Shown here: piece by piece, positions 10,701-21,934 of the stretch
Layout of the letters: every line of letters begins with the position of its first letter
How positions within the stretch are numbered: the stretch's first letter is position 1
DNA from: a virus
Taxonomy: Duplodnaviria > Caudoviricetes
IMG/VR virus record: IMGVR_UViG_3300037264_004886
Span: 1-62,134 of that record
Length of the DNA: 62,134 bases
Strand: one strand, 5' to 3'
Notes under the pieces: model-generated
Databases searched by the model: none
Seen by the model: the letters and a program-made list of their open reading frames with translations, nothing else
Told to the model about the DNA's origin: nothing
Program-made: the position numbers and the translations under genes

Positions 10701-12447
10701 TTTCGTTTGCTGTTATCCACACCGAAGAGAGCGCGGTTGTCGGAGTTGATGATACATTGTACGTCGTCAAATTTACTTGATATAATCCCTGTGTTGCAAA
10801 CGTGTACGTGATGTTGCGATCATCGGTATGGGTAGTGAAATTTGAAATTGGAGTGTTGTTTACCGACCAGTTCCACATTGTGGGATTCAGATACCCATAA
10901 GTATCATATGGGGACGTATCGTTAAACTGGACAACAAGGGGAGATGCACCCATAGTCCGATTGGTTGTAAACGAAGACGATACCAGATATTGTTGCGACA
11001 CATTCACAAACGTTACCTGAGTACTATAACCAGTACCGCCAGAGTTGGTTGCTGATAAATTCATACTCCAGTTACCAACCCCAAAAGTTGACGTTGCGTT
11101 CTGAACCGTACTAAACGAAAACCAAGTGTTGTTTCCGGTTACATTATTTGCTCCCCATAACCAACTTGTAGGGGTTTGAGTTGATGTATCATTAAACTGT
11201 ACCGCAAGGGGAGCATCTCCCCCGGTTGTGTTTGTAGTAAATGATGCTACCGGGATTGGTTGGGACACATTTACCCATGTTTTTTGAATAGAGTTGTTAT
11301 ATCCCAGTGCATTCGTCACATTCAATGCAATCGTGAAATTTCCGGTAGTAAATGAAGCGGTTGCATCGTTAGTCGTTGCAAATATCGCAGTAGAAGTATT
11401 CGTGTCGTATCCTTGATACGACCAGTTCCATGTTGTCGGTGGACCGGTTGACGTGTCGTTGAACACCATCGTAAACGGTGCAACACCCGCCCATGCCTGC
11501 GAGGTAGTGTTGGTTGCTACTGAGACGTTAATGGATGTGAATGTGGATACTGGTGCTGCTGCTGGTGTGAGGTATCTGATAATAACGATACCGGAGCCGC
11601 CGGAACCCGTGCCAGGCGTACCAATACTTCCTCCGGATCCTCCACCAGTATCCGCAGTCCCATTTGTATTTGTACCGGCTGCATTATTATAAGCACCAGA
11701 ACCCCCACCACCTTGACCACCCGGCGGAGACGATCCGCCGGCGTCACTAGTACCTCCTCCACCACCGGCGTACCATACTGTTGTTCCAGTTATATCAGAT
11801 GATAACCCAGCACCACCCTTTGATGGATATGTGCCGTCGGCTGCATTATAGCCTACTTGTCCGGCACCACCACCGCCACCACCCATATACGTACCACTCT
11901 GACCATTTCCCCCATCATTTCCATGATTAGATGTTCCATGCCCGTGCAAAGCATTATGTCCACCACCACCGCCCGATCCAGTAGTACCTGAGCTTGTAGC
12001 CAATCCAACCAGACCATGACCACCAGAACCCCCACCACCCAATGCAACCATATCATCATGGGAAGCACTTTTAATGGATGAGTCAGCACCATTGGTTCCT
12101 GTACAGTGTTCGGGTGAACAACTTCCCCCACCCGCACCGACAACTATTGTTTCGGCTGTTGCCGACGATACGTTAAGTCCGGTTGCAGTTCTAAATCCTC
12201 CAGCACCACCCCCACCAGCATTACTTGTTCCCGATCCACCACCACCACCAACAACCAGATACTCAACTTCGGTCACACCACTTGGCGGTGTCCATATTGT
12301 TGTGTTCGCTCCCCAAGCAGAATTGTTGAACGCCACCCATGAATACGTGCCATTAGTCCAATTATATTGAGTGAGTCCTTGTACCCCGCCAACCAGTAAC
12401 AGACTCAGTAGCAGGATTGAGATGAGTATGAGATGAGTGTGTTTCAT
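7690..12447 (-). CDS. 1585-aa adhesin / host-attachment glycoprotein (Gly-rich domain, multiple PKD repeats, LamG-like domain)
   Basis: Signal peptide; YLVVGGGGG...GGSGIVIIRY Gly-rich domain; repeated APL.VQF.D.S...W.W.FGDG PKD motifs; GDFTIEQW...WSHVAVVR...YVNG LamG motif; many NxS/T sequons. Confidence 0.85.
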   Translation of the reverse strand: MKHTHLILISILLLSLLLVGGVQGLTQYNWTNGTYSWVAFNNSAWGANTTIWTPPSGVTEVEYLVVGGGGGSGTSNAGGGGAGGFRTATGLNVSSATAETIVVGAGGGSCSPEHCTGTNGADSSIKSASHDDMVALGGGGSGGHGLVGLATSSGTTGSGGGGGHNALHGHGTSNHGNDGGNGQSGTYMGGGGGGAGQVGYNAADGTYPSKGGAGLSSDITGTTVWYAGGGGGTSDAGGSSPPGGQGGGGSGAYNNAAGTNTNGTADTGGGSGGSIGTPGTGSGGSGIVIIRYLTPAAAPVSTFTSINVSVATNTTSQAWAGVAPFTMVFNDTSTGPPTTWNWSYQGYDTNTSTAIFATTNDATASFTTGNFTIALNVTNALGYNNSIQKTWVNVSQPIPVASFTTNTTGGDAPLAVQFNDTSTQTPTSWLWGANNVTGNNTWFSFSTVQNATSTFGVGNWSMNLSATNSGGTGYSTQVTFVNVSQQYLVSSSFTTNRTMGASPLVVQFNDTSPYDTYGYLNPTMWNWSVNNTPISNFTTHTDDRNITYTFATQGLYQVNLTTYNVSSTPTTALSSVWITANETLNAEFVGAPTSGAAPLLVSFVDWSTGDDLYQWDWTFGDGGISSLRNPNHNYVTQGSFTVGLTVYGSDGTDTETKIAYITTSPGANFTANNTESARYGMPVQFYDNSSAGYTTFAWTFGDGGTSTAQNPVYIYDVARKYNVTLTASGVLADNTSTKNFFINLSSDVDANLISRLHFMGTSGSTTFIGAVGPAWVPTAATISNAQFRFNATSGLFASATSKISTLSNPSFDFGTGDFTIEQWVFPTASSVNDFIISRTTNPENNGWGLYSRGSNNYRFYGGSTATETPSFTIPLNGWSHVAVVRQSGLVSVYVNGSLATSATLAGNYDVVGPVVYGDPGVGVQSLQMYLDETCISNVARWGTAFTAPVYEYAGNLYEIYPDINPLSTLRFKTDPAVPSNAFIANGTPRYRTLQIQNVNNATNITTSVGFNPLHQQAVQVLPNTSTWADVQITYSNIDNTAGRVLINATRPGGFAPGATRASFVDVVMNYYNYSCMCEEADAQYFGTGVLTNGTTGQSYPVHNFIITNVSFVPWDTKPAFSANATSGYANFSAFKLTDASTGFPNIYNWSWGDGTWTNGTDASPTHVYNMVGLMTVSLEGRLWQNISVVNTSTRVGYINILNPILSPSFDQSATNITILGASPTSQTVYFNSTTLNASWWNWSFGDGTYESGTDKLNVSHSWALTGGAGVKNVTMTAALASNTSISNMTWRNTTVGILDAAFHAVPTTGIAGVFVTFTDDSIVTNHVNVTYNWSFGDGTFSDSTAATLSHIYTGIGIYTVSLIVANDAGVDTETKYDYIIVSTNTQQSTWYSPLQVDFQIVNSYGAPLPGLQVNATFVVDTFPDKDWLTTMFGIPSTVSDQMKNSLLTMTGNTTGDGSVVFTMHSSLQYNITVKGKGYNYITIIQPADNKYTIWMAAPTVNNSITQVNATLTFAQPNTTYATFGIRYQDTSGLTTLLEFYLKSKNNDTVVYSTSTAPGTSLVWLNKTIPNIRGEQWRWYYNAVRV

Positions 12448-12953
12448 GGCAGCGCCCCGTAATCCGGTAACACACCCGCATCAATTATCGCTTGTATTTG
12501 TGAAACATCAACATAATGAATTGAAACCGTTTTCAATACGAAATCTGCTTGAATAACCCTACATGGATTCTCTGCCAGCGATTCGACTTTATAGTAATAT
12601 CTCCACGGTTCCAGCGCCGAAACCTGGTATCCATAATAAAGTTCGAGTGCCGGTCCCGCAATAGATTTGGTTTGCATTACCGTTTCAGTATCTTCCGAAA
12701 CCAAAACCTCTGCGTCCGGGAATGTTTGAAGTGTTTTTTCTTTCTTTAAAATACCGTTCTTATTTGCTTTTATTTTTGTTGTGAATGGTTTATCCAACGG
12801 TAATTTTATCGTATCGTTGGTTTCAATCGCGTCTTTTTTTAATTTGATATCGCTTCCGGGATCCGGAGAGCCAACTTTCTTTGCCTGTACAAAACCAACC
12901 AAAGTACAGGTTATAATCAAACAACAAAACAAAATTACAGCGGACTTATTCAT
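12444..12953 (-). CDS. Secreted or membrane-anchored hypothetical protein
   Basis: Signal peptide; ATGA coupling to the adhesin gene. Confidence 0.6.
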   Translation of the reverse strand: MNKSAVILFCCLIITCTLVGFVQAKKVGSPDPGSDIKLKKDAIETNDTIKLPLDKPFTTKIKANKNGILKKEKTLQTFPDAEVLVSEDTETVMQTKSIAGPALELYYGYQVSALEPWRYYYKVESLAENPCRVIQADFVLKTVSIHYVDVSQIQAIIDAGVLPDYGALP

Positions 12954-13100
12954 GATAGTATCCGCCTGCGTATCAGATACGCTTCGTATGATTCACCGCG
13001 ATTTTTCTTTTGTTTTAAGACGTTAACTGCATGTTGGGAAAGCTGAATTGAAGAAACCCGCTTGTCTTTCGTAACCATAGGAAACTATAACTGCGTTATA

Positions 13101-13412
13101 CTATAAAAAAGCATCGCGCCATACTTTAATGATAGATTTATCTCCATACACATTTTCAGATATCTGAGTGCTCATTACATCACCGGATTTTATATTTAAA
13201 TATTCTTTCCACGTTATATTGTCCCAATCGCATGAAAAATATCTACCTCCAACACTTGTAATGTGTGGAGATCCATCTTCCAATCCAAGACTGCGTACTA
13301 CAATGGTTTCGTTATAGATCGTGTGCGACCCAAAGTGCCCGTATAAACACAACCCGCTAAATAACAAAATCATAAAAACGGGGAGGAGAATGATATAACC
13401 TTTTGTGGTCAT
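13101..13412 (-). CDS. Membrane-anchored hypothetical protein
   Basis: MTTKGYIILLPV... with GAGG RBS; N-terminal TM helix. Confidence 0.55.
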   Translation of the reverse strand: MTTKGYIILLPVFMILLFSGLCLYGHFGSHTIYNETIVVRSLGLEDGSPHITSVGGRYFSCDWDNITWKEYLNIKSGDVMSTQISENVYGDKSIIKVWRDAFL

Positions 13413-15120
13413 CTCTCTTTCCTCTTCCGTTGAATGTATGTCGGCACCGGACCCAACCCACACAGTCGCCGAATCCGATCTTCCCCAAACCGCTCCACCA
13501 GGTTCTTCGGAAGACTGCCGGAATGTGACGGAACTCTCGGACGAAACGGATCGATCATCTATGGGCACCTACTGGGTTTTTATGAACGATCTTCTGGCAC
13601 TCGTCGTACTTCGCTTTCGAGACCGAATATGGAGATATTACCGGGATCTTCCCCGGCTCTCGTCGCTCCAGTATTACCCGATATTCGGCGTTCATGTTCA
13701 AAGACCATCCTTATCAATAAGTTTGCAGTATCCCGATGGTTTAATGCACACTCCGTCTGGATGAAAACCACAAGAAAAATCGCGAATGTTTGACGGATTG
13801 CACAAATCATACGTCATACATTTAAACGCTTGCCACGCCATACACCCCTCTTCAATACATGGTTTGAAACCATTTCTCGGACACAACTTTTTCATATTCT
13901 CCTCCGTATATAATCCCGATACTCCGGTTCCGGTTTAATCGGGCATTCTTTGTCGTTACTGGATTGGCAGCACCTACCGTTATCGGTTCCACACCGATAG
14001 GTTCCCGCCATACTCATTCTGTATAATGGACATGTACTCATTTCTTTCTCCGTTTTCCAAACCATAGTTGCGTCTGACCGTTCGGCAAGATTGGTTTTTT
14101 CTTTTTATCAACCACTCTCTTTTTAAGACTTAAAACTTGTTTTGCTTTAACAACCACGCTCTTTTGAGGAGCGGGGATCGGTTTTATCACCTTTGGTTTC
14201 GGAGGGTTCTCTTTCATCCACCGGACCGGGCACACCTTCATATCAGCAACCCATTTGTTGATGTTTGAACAGAACGCTCCCAACTGCACAACCGACTTCC
14301 CCAACCCCCTTGGCTTGTAAATCCCGGTTACCGGGTTCCGTTCAATCTTGGTATGCGGGCGATGTGTTGTTTCGTGTGAGCAGTGCCGGCACTTATCGCC
14401 AAACATTGGGCAGGTCTCGATGGTGATCGTCATCCTTTCAGCAATTCCCGAACTTCGTCAAACGCCATCGCCCGCCCGGAATGGTATCCTGCGTGCCAGT
14501 CGGTATTTGCGTCCCTGGACTGTTGTTCGGCTTTGAGTTTCTTATCTGTCAATACAGAACTTAAATTATCGGGAAATGATTTTGAAACTGTTGTTATGCA
14601 CATCTTAAATCCTCCCGAAAAGATCTAATTTTATCATGGCGGTAAGTGCCTCCACCAACAATAATCTTGTTCTGATTCCAATTCAATAAATAAGTCTTGG
14701 TGACAAAGCGCTGCCATTAACGCCAATATAACAAACAACACCACCATACTACCATAAAATCCCGGAATACCAAACGCTTCTTTTGCTGCACAGATTAAAC
14801 AACAAACGGCTAATAATAAAAACGTCCACGAAACGAAAATTCCAAACGAAAATACTTTTACCATACTCAAATCCTCCCGAAAACCAGACTACCAAACTTT
14901 GGACAGTCACAATACAAGTTCAGAAAACGATCCCTAAACGTTACGGGTTTGCCGGTGTGCCAGCACCCGGATTCGTCAAAATACTTACATTTACTGCATT
15001 GCTCAAAGTCAAACATTCGGCACCTTCTGGGGGACCCCCACTTTCCAACACGCTGCCGTCACACGCCCGGGTCCGTGCTTTTTCGGACAGTTTGTGGTTG
15101 TCGTGCAAAGAGTTTTCATG
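13409..15120 (-). other. Cluster of small Cys-rich (Zn-binding) and membrane ORFs, including 13698-13895, 14038-14433 and 14634-14870
   Basis: Tightly packed short ORFs with GGAGG RBS and CxxC pairs. Confidence 0.55.
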
Positions 15121-15206
15121 TAGTCCTCCTGCAAGAACGGGCACTTTCTAAAACGATTCATAACTATAAGTAGGATTAAAGAGTATAAAAAAGGATTGAT
15201 TTAGAA

Positions 15207-15503
15207 TTACAACCTTTTATTTTTGAGATCGCTCCGGTTTTTCCGGTTTTCCGTATATTTTAATCCTTTCGCCGATATCCGTCTGCCTGGTTGAAGTGCT
15301 GGAAATATTGACATATCCCTTGGGATATTTGTTTTCCCGAACTGCCTGTTCGACGGTCTATAAGTCCGTCCCTTGATTTCCGACATAAAAGAGTATGAGG
15401 TTGGAGGAGTATTTAAAGGTTTTTGGGATTTCCCAATTCCTCTAATATCATCATTCCAACAATGGTATTTATAAGTGCAATATCGGAAGGATCTTTTTCC
15501 CAA
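15207..15503 (-). CDS. Basic hypothetical protein
   Basis: K/R-rich ORF; C-terminal PG.R.SA.G..Y.E.R.NRSD motif resembles the end of 22095-22487. Confidence 0.5.
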   Translation of the reverse strand: MGKRSFRYCTYKYHCWNDDIRGIGKSQKPLNTPPTSYSFMSEIKGRTYRPSNRQFGKTNIPRDMSIFPALQPGRRISAKGLKYTENRKNRSDLKNKRL

Positions 15504-15562
15504 CGGCGCAATGCTTCCGATATCATTTTTTGATATTGCTCATCTGAAACTATTTTCGCGCT

Positions 15563-15793
15563 TCACAACCTCAACATTGCTTGCGCTTCTTTCTTTGTTA
15601 ATTGGTGCGTCCACTCGCGGAACTTTGAAATTCCAAACGTTGTGGCTTCTTCGGTTGCCAACCACAACTTTTCTTTATCGAACTTTTCAGGAAACGATGC
15701 CACAGTTAATTCTGGGATTTGGCTTCCGAAATCATCAAACGCCATTACACGACCGTTGGTAAAAATATAAAACTCATCACAATGAAAGGTCAT
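15563..15793 (-). CDS. Hypothetical protein
   Basis: ATGA overlap with the recombinase stop. Confidence 0.55.
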   Translation of the reverse strand: MTFHCDEFYIFTNGRVMAFDDFGSQIPELTVASFPEKFDKEKLWLATEEATTFGISKFREWTHQLTKKEAQAMLRL

Positions 15794-16362
15794 GCTTCAC
15801 CCCATCCTTTTAGAATTGCCTTCATTTCATCAATATCTTGTTTCACAGTAAATATTCCGATATAATGTTCTTCCATAACCGGAATGGTGTGCCCTGCGGA
15901 TTTTGATATTTTTAAAAGTTTCTCTGGATAACATTCACACAACCACGACAAAAAACTTTTGCGGTACATTTTTGGCATTATGCCTTTATCTTCTTCTGGA
16001 AGTTTTGCTTTCCTTGCGGCCAGCCGCAATGTTGTAATCATTGATTGACGGAACGGAATTTTTTTGATGTGTTTGAACAAATCTTCTACTGACTTACATC
16101 CTTCTATAGTAAGCGGTATTGTTCTTTCTTTATAAACCGCCTTTACTTTTGTCGCTGCCTGTGTAGGAAGATCAATACATCGCTCAACCCCATGATAACA
16201 TTCTGGGTGTCGCAACAGAAACTGTAACTCCGGCAACCGCATGTATGTATGTAAAAGTGATTTTGTAATTATGCGATAGTCTGCATTCAACCATTCATTT
16301 AATTTTTCATTATCAAGCGGAGTTAGAATCCGGCACCCATCTTTTATAATTGCTCTTGCCAT
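15790..16362 (-). CDS. Minimal tyrosine recombinase (catalytic domain only)
   Basis: HTYMRLPEL (R), KMYRKS (HxxR-like), AGHT...HY (H, Y); GGTGA RBS. Confidence 0.75.
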   Translation of the reverse strand: MARAIIKDGCRILTPLDNEKLNEWLNADYRIITKSLLHTYMRLPELQFLLRHPECYHGVERCIDLPTQAATKVKAVYKERTIPLTIEGCKSVEDLFKHIKKIPFRQSMITTLRLAARKAKLPEEDKGIMPKMYRKSFLSWLCECYPEKLLKISKSAGHTIPVMEEHYIGIFTVKQDIDEMKAILKGWGEA

Positions 16363-16564
16363 TTCATCACCTTGTCAAATGTATGGTGTTTGACAATATA
16401 AACCCATCGGTGTTTGACAATGATATTTTACAAGCCACCTTTTTTAAAAGATTTCTACGACCTTAATATTGTCAGGCTATCCTAGCCCGACAGTACCAAC
16501 CAATCTCCACACGAAACGCCACTTGCCCAAAAAGTACGCGTTGCAAATGGCATCTCAAATCCAA

Positions 16565-16954
16565 TTAGGCATTGAGTTTAGTATTCAAACACCAACAACA
16601 CAAATAGTAACAATTGTGAATTAGGCATTGAACGAAAACCCCAACTTAGGCATCGAACCAAAATCCCCACTTAGGCATTTCCCCAAACCCCCCTACTTAG
16701 GCATCGACATCTCTTAGGCATTTACCCCCAGGATGCCCGGGGCGCGGGCATTGGTCGGGATCTCCTAGAGATCTCTATGAGACGCCCCCCAGGAGCAGCC
16801 GGTCCGCGAGACCCAGATGATCGCCCCAGCAGGAGCCGCACACTATTACATCAAGCCCGCGGAACCGCAGCCACACATACATAAGACCCAGCTGATCACC
16901 CAGGTATCAAGGCAACTATACTTTAATTAAAACAAGACTGGTTGTCTTAGGCAT
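16565..16954 (+). repeat. TTAGGCAT cluster, left (7 copies)
   Basis: Copies at 16565, 16621, 16646, 16671, 16697, 16714, 16947. Confidence 0.9.
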
Positions 16955-17005
16955 TGAGTTGCTGGACCCCGGGCACCAGGGGTTCTAGAAATCTCTAGGA
17001 AACGT

Positions 17006-17110
17006 GCTACGAAAATTCAGTTTCGTTGTACTTGTTGCTACGAAAGTTAAAAATCGTAGCACTTGTTGTTACGAGATTTTTTGTTTGTTTTACTTGTTGC
17101 TACAAAAATC
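17006..17110. repeat. 31-bp-phased ACTTGTTG(C/T)TAC iteron-like repeats; candidate origin
   Basis: Copies at 17030, 17061, 17092, with GCTACGA...TCGTAGC dyad, inside a ~1.4-kb non-coding gap at a strand switch. Confidence 0.6.
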
Positions 17111-17841
17111 TGGTTTTGTCGCAAGTCCTAAATTTCCAAAATAATATACATATTTTTCCTGATAACGTCATAGAGATTTCATAGAGATTGTAAATTTTTC
17201 CAAATTTTCCGATTTTTCTGAAATTTCAGATTGATCGGAAAAATACTCCAAAAAACGCTCCCGGCAGCACTTTTTTCGATTTTTTTGGAAAAAACCCATT
17301 TCTAGCAAATTTCTAGGAAATAGGCTAGCGTATACCCCCGTTTTGACCATAATAGCGGAAAATGAGGTTTTAGGTCACTTTTAGACCTTTCCGGGATATG
17401 GCAAAAAGCAACAATTTTTTTTTGTATACATTTTATGATTTTACCGATATAACCCAAAATCAAAAATACAAAATTTAGAAAAGGACCCGACCCCCAGGAT
17501 CAAGGCACCCCTTAACAGAATTGAATAGGATTAAAGAGGAAAGTATATATAGAAATGAGATAGAGAGATAGATAACCCCAAAAAGGGTTAAGGAGAAAAG
17601 GAATGTCAGAAAACACAACATCAGAAACCAAGAGCGTAAAGAACGTTGAACACACCCACACCCTTCAGTCAATGATCAGGACACGTCACAAGGTAGAGAA
17701 CATAATTATGATCTCGTTACTTGCCGCCGCGCTATCTGTATTCATATACTGGATTATTCATTAATTTTTTCCCCTTTTTGAAATCACCCCGGACCGCACC
17801 CGGGAGGGGATATCCCCCACAAGGGGAAAGGTGAAACAAAA

Positions 17842-18786
17842 ATGTCAGAAGCACAAACAGAACCAATCTATGAGGGAATGATGCTCCCAGCAGGGCTGTC
17901 ACTCCCAACCGTACATATAGATGAATACCCTGATATCCCGGAAGAGGCTATCAACGAGACCCCCGCAGCGCCCGAGATCAAGGCAACCCTCACACCGGAA
18001 GCAACTATAACACAAGTCCTAAAATGTGTTATGACCGCCAGCCAGTACCACGAGATCTCAAAATCTCTTGCATCACTTGTACCTGAGTGCAGGATGCATA
18101 TCTCAGTACTCGGACTGAAGGTATTAGCTGTTGACAACGCTAATGTCGCGATGGTCCTCTATGATCAGTATGCCAATTCGTTTGAGACCTTCGAGACAGC
18201 GACTCAGAAGGACATCGGGATTGACATAAAGAAATGGTTGACCTTTGGAAAGAACGTACAGAAAAAATCCTTTGTGTGTTTTGACGTGATGGAACGCCAA
18301 GAGCCCCCAACGAAAGAGGGTAAACCGGGCGCCATATCACACAGGTACACCCTCAGCAGTGGAGGGACCGTTCAAACGTTCACAGGACTTGATACAAACA
18401 CAATCCGCAGGGACCCGAACCCGCCGACCATCACATTAAACACGTCTTTTCTAATTCACGCGGGGACCTTCATAGAGGCTATCAAGACCTGTAAGACTGT
18501 CAGCGATAAGATAGAGTTCTCATATGATGGCAAGGACAACCTGACAGCAATAGCCCAGGGTGACACCGATAAGATGGTGAAACAAATTTTGTTTAACCAG
18601 TCAATCGGACCCGCGTTCAATTCGTTATTCTCTCTGGATTATCTGGTTGACATCGCCAAGGCGATCCAGAACAAAAAGGAGGTTCTGGAAGTATCATTCA
18701 ATACTGATCGCCCCATCAGGATAAAACTGGTGAACTCAGAACGGGAAATCGTCTTTCTGCTAGCCCCCCGGATTCAGGCGGATTGA
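17842..18786 (+). CDS. pcna: PCNA (DNA sliding clamp) with acidic N-terminal extension
   Basis: AVDNANVAMV, FSLDYL, RPIRI and C-terminal FLLAPRI motifs typical of archaeal PCNA. Confidence 0.9.
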   Translation: MSEAQTEPIYEGMMLPAGLSLPTVHIDEYPDIPEEAINETPAAPEIKATLTPEATITQVLKCVMTASQYHEISKSLASLVPECRMHISVLGLKVLAVDNANVAMVLYDQYANSFETFETATQKDIGIDIKKWLTFGKNVQKKSFVCFDVMERQEPPTKEGKPGAISHRYTLSSGGTVQTFTGLDTNTIRRDPNPPTITLNTSFLIHAGTFIEAIKTCKTVSDKIEFSYDGKDNLTAIAQGDTDKMVKQILFNQSIGPAFNSLFSLDYLVDIAKAIQNKKEVLEVSFNTDRPIRIKLVNSEREIVFLLAPRIQAD

Positions 18787-18961
18787 AATGGAAACCTCTA
18801 AACTTTTTGTTGATCGGGACATCTATACTGGAGTTGTAACTATATCCCGTAAAATTGATATGGGCCCGAAAGTTTCGGTATGGATTTATGCCAACGAACT
18901 AGATGGATTTATCAAAAATATAAATTCATTCAAACCATCACCCATCATTGAGGTGGATTAA

Positions 18962-21566
18962 ATGGTATCAAGGAAACAATGGGCAGAAAGACAGGAAACG
19001 ATTAATTGTTTCATATCAGAAGCACAAGCCGTCGGATCTCCTTTATCCGTAAGCGATATTGAAAATATTTGCGATAAACTTCACAGATATGAAACATCGC
19101 TTCACAGGATATCAGAAATACAATGTTGTATTGAGATGTCTGAAAAAGAGACCAAAAGACTTGATGAAAAAGAAGAGCGGATAAATCAGAAAGTTCGAGA
19201 CATCGCGGAACTGTTAAGATTTAAGGTGAGGTTCCAGGGAGACCCCCGCGGAGGCGCCATAAGGTTTATCCTCCCGTCAGGAAGATCAAACGGATGGGAC
19301 CTCGAGACATGGGGAATTTATTGGTGATAGGCTATGTCAAACCACGAACAAATCAAAAAGTTATGGCAACCACGGGGACCCCTCCGAACATCGGAATTTA
19401 AGAGCCCCACAGGACTAAACGAAGAATTGAGACAGGTAACCGGATATCAACCCGCAAGAGTTGTAAGGTTCTGGAGGTAAGAGAAAATGAGAACACACCC
19501 CACAAAAAAAGATTATGAAGACTGGTTAAACGATCTTGAAGCACCAGATAACGATCTCAAATCAAATGGAGGATTGATCCCAGACGGCGCAAAATATGGG
19601 ACGTGGATGAAACACCACGACCCAATCGCGTTTAATGTTGGATTTAACGAGTATGAACGCGAGGTAAGATAAAATGGATGAAGTTATCCCGACCACTCTA
19701 AAAAACTGGTTATCGTGGCACTCAGATGCCGGATATCAAGGCAAGATAGATTATATCCGGATATACACCACCCCGGAAAATAACGAGATGTTTTTTTTGC
19801 GACACATTGAAGAACATAAAAAAATCCGCACCGGAGGTATTCATAAAATTGAATATTCGATTATAACTCAGATCCCCGGATCGTGGAACGCAAACACCAG
19901 CTGGAAGCCGGAGAACTATTCATTTTGTAAAACCCTTATGGCATCACACCAGGTTATAAACCTACATTCCTGTGAAGCCGGCACCATTGAAACCGCGCTT
20001 AATTTATTCCTGATTAAAAAGGGGATAAAATTACATTTGGAATATTACGCCCGGAACGATTCAGATTTTACAAACGAAAAGTTAAACGGATATCACCCAG
20101 AATCAATTTATCTGCGATTTTTCGTTAAAGATAAACTGTTTGAATCATCTTGTACACATATACCCAATGCTGACTGTACACGGTATTTGTCACACGACCC
20201 GCGAGGGTATAACGTAAAAGCGCTGTTAATGGAAGCATACCCAGTGCCGGCACCAATTATAACAGGCTGTCAGCAACCCGCAGCAGTGGAGGCTTAAGAT
20301 GGTTAATTGTTATTCAAAAGAGTATTTAGATACTCATGATATTATCGACAAATCGTTTTTTACCGGAGGATCAACAGACGCAAAAAAAGAGCGGGATATT
20401 TTAGCCCGACAGTTAAGAAAAGATGGTTATAAAGTAACCTGTAAAAAGTGGTCTTTTCCGGATATGGGCACAAAAGACAACTATACCCTTTATGCAGTAA
20501 AAGAAATCAAAAAGGAGATCATATAATGTTGTGCCCAAAATGTAATAACCCCGGCGTCAAAAACGGAACCGTACACCTCCGGACCGCAGGAAAGCCACAC
20601 ACACACCAGCGCTATAAGTGCTCTGGTTGTTTTTACACGTGGAGAGCCCAGGAGGTGATCAAAAATGGACCCATATGATGTTTATAACTCCGTTAATGAA
20701 ATAATGTGCAAAAAATGCAACCCCGCACAATTTAGAGAATGTAAAGACCAGATAGAAGATCTCCGATGTAGGAATATGATCCACTGTATGAAATTACTAA
20801 TAGAGATCAGATACCTACAATACCCCACGAAAATTATCAAAAAGAGGGAGACGATCAAGGCATGATATACCCCAATATGGTAACTTTCGGACCCCACGGA
20901 TTTTATGGCTCTTATTTCAATTCATTATCAAACAAGGCCATAAACTCTTTTTGCCGCAAGTGCCCGGATAACGGAGAATGCGAATTGACCAACGGTAGTA
21001 TGATAACCGACGGAATAGGGAAATTCCTTGACCGCGAATATCTACAGGAGAACTTTTAAAATGAAATTTAAATGTCGATGGTGCGGGAAAGAAATTGAGA
21101 TACCGCAATCAGAGCGGGCTAAACACGGTGATAAGAGATTTGATAATCATGAAGCAGAATGTTTCAAGGAAAAACATGGAGATATGATATCCTTTATGAA
21201 TGAGGGATGTAGTGAAGTATGTTTTCCAGATGATGTTTTTACCGACAAAGGGGAGAACGTCACAGAAATAATCCGGAGACTGCAAGCACAACTCGGAAGG
21301 ATACCAACAGAGAGCGAGACCATGGTGGAGATGGTGCACGCTCGCGCAATAAGGGGGGCAATGAAATTATGATCCCCGGTCTTTACTCCACACCTTTTTT
21401 TATTTTTTCTAATTCTGATGTTGATATGATCAGAATAGGGAACTGCGAGATGTACAAAGAGGATATAGCCCCCAGCGCCCCGGATTATCCCGAACTTCAC
21501 ATAACAGTCAGGACCGCTGAGATCGCGCAGGAGGGAAACCAAAAAATCGCTTATTGCACGTTTTAA
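18962..21566 (+). other. Run of small hypothetical genes (18962-19327, 19487-19672, 19674-20297, 20299-20526, Zn-ribbon ~20526-20678, 20665-20865, 20862-21059, ~21061-21372, 21369-21566)
   Basis: Co-oriented and tightly coupled with GAGG RBS; typical of an early or host-takeover region. Confidence 0.6.
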
Positions 21567-21934
21567 ACCCCTCTTTTGCACGTACCCTATATATCATACA
21601 CTTTTTTACACTTTCAACCCCCCGGGAGCCCCAGCGCCCCGCCGCGAGGCACCCGGACCGATGGCACAACCAATCTGTCAGGATATTCGTTTATCCACCT
21701 CACTATCTATCTCTGACAATCGATATACCCCCAGCGCACCAATACTAACCTATGCAAATGATCCGCAATGACTCCGAGATAGGTACACACCCGGACGAGC
21801 AGACAGATACAAGATGTTTCACCTTATACCCTGTCATATCTTCAATCAGGGACCCGCGCCCGAACAGGACCGCGAGCCCCGACCCCACGGCAGCGCCCCG
21901 CCCCAGACCAGGGCGACGGTCGCCCGGGGGTTCA

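Noticed and set aside
14930-15170. Structured ncRNA or tRNA
   Set aside because: Explained by two tiny minus-strand Cys-rich ORFs with RBS; no tRNA cloverleaf recognised anywhere by eye.
16565-16954. Eukaryotic TTAGGC telomere
   Set aside because: Copies are spaced, internal and 8 bp long in a prokaryotic context.
20526-20678. IS1-like transposase
   Set aside because: Only a ~50-aa Zn ribbon; no DDE domain or terminal repeats.
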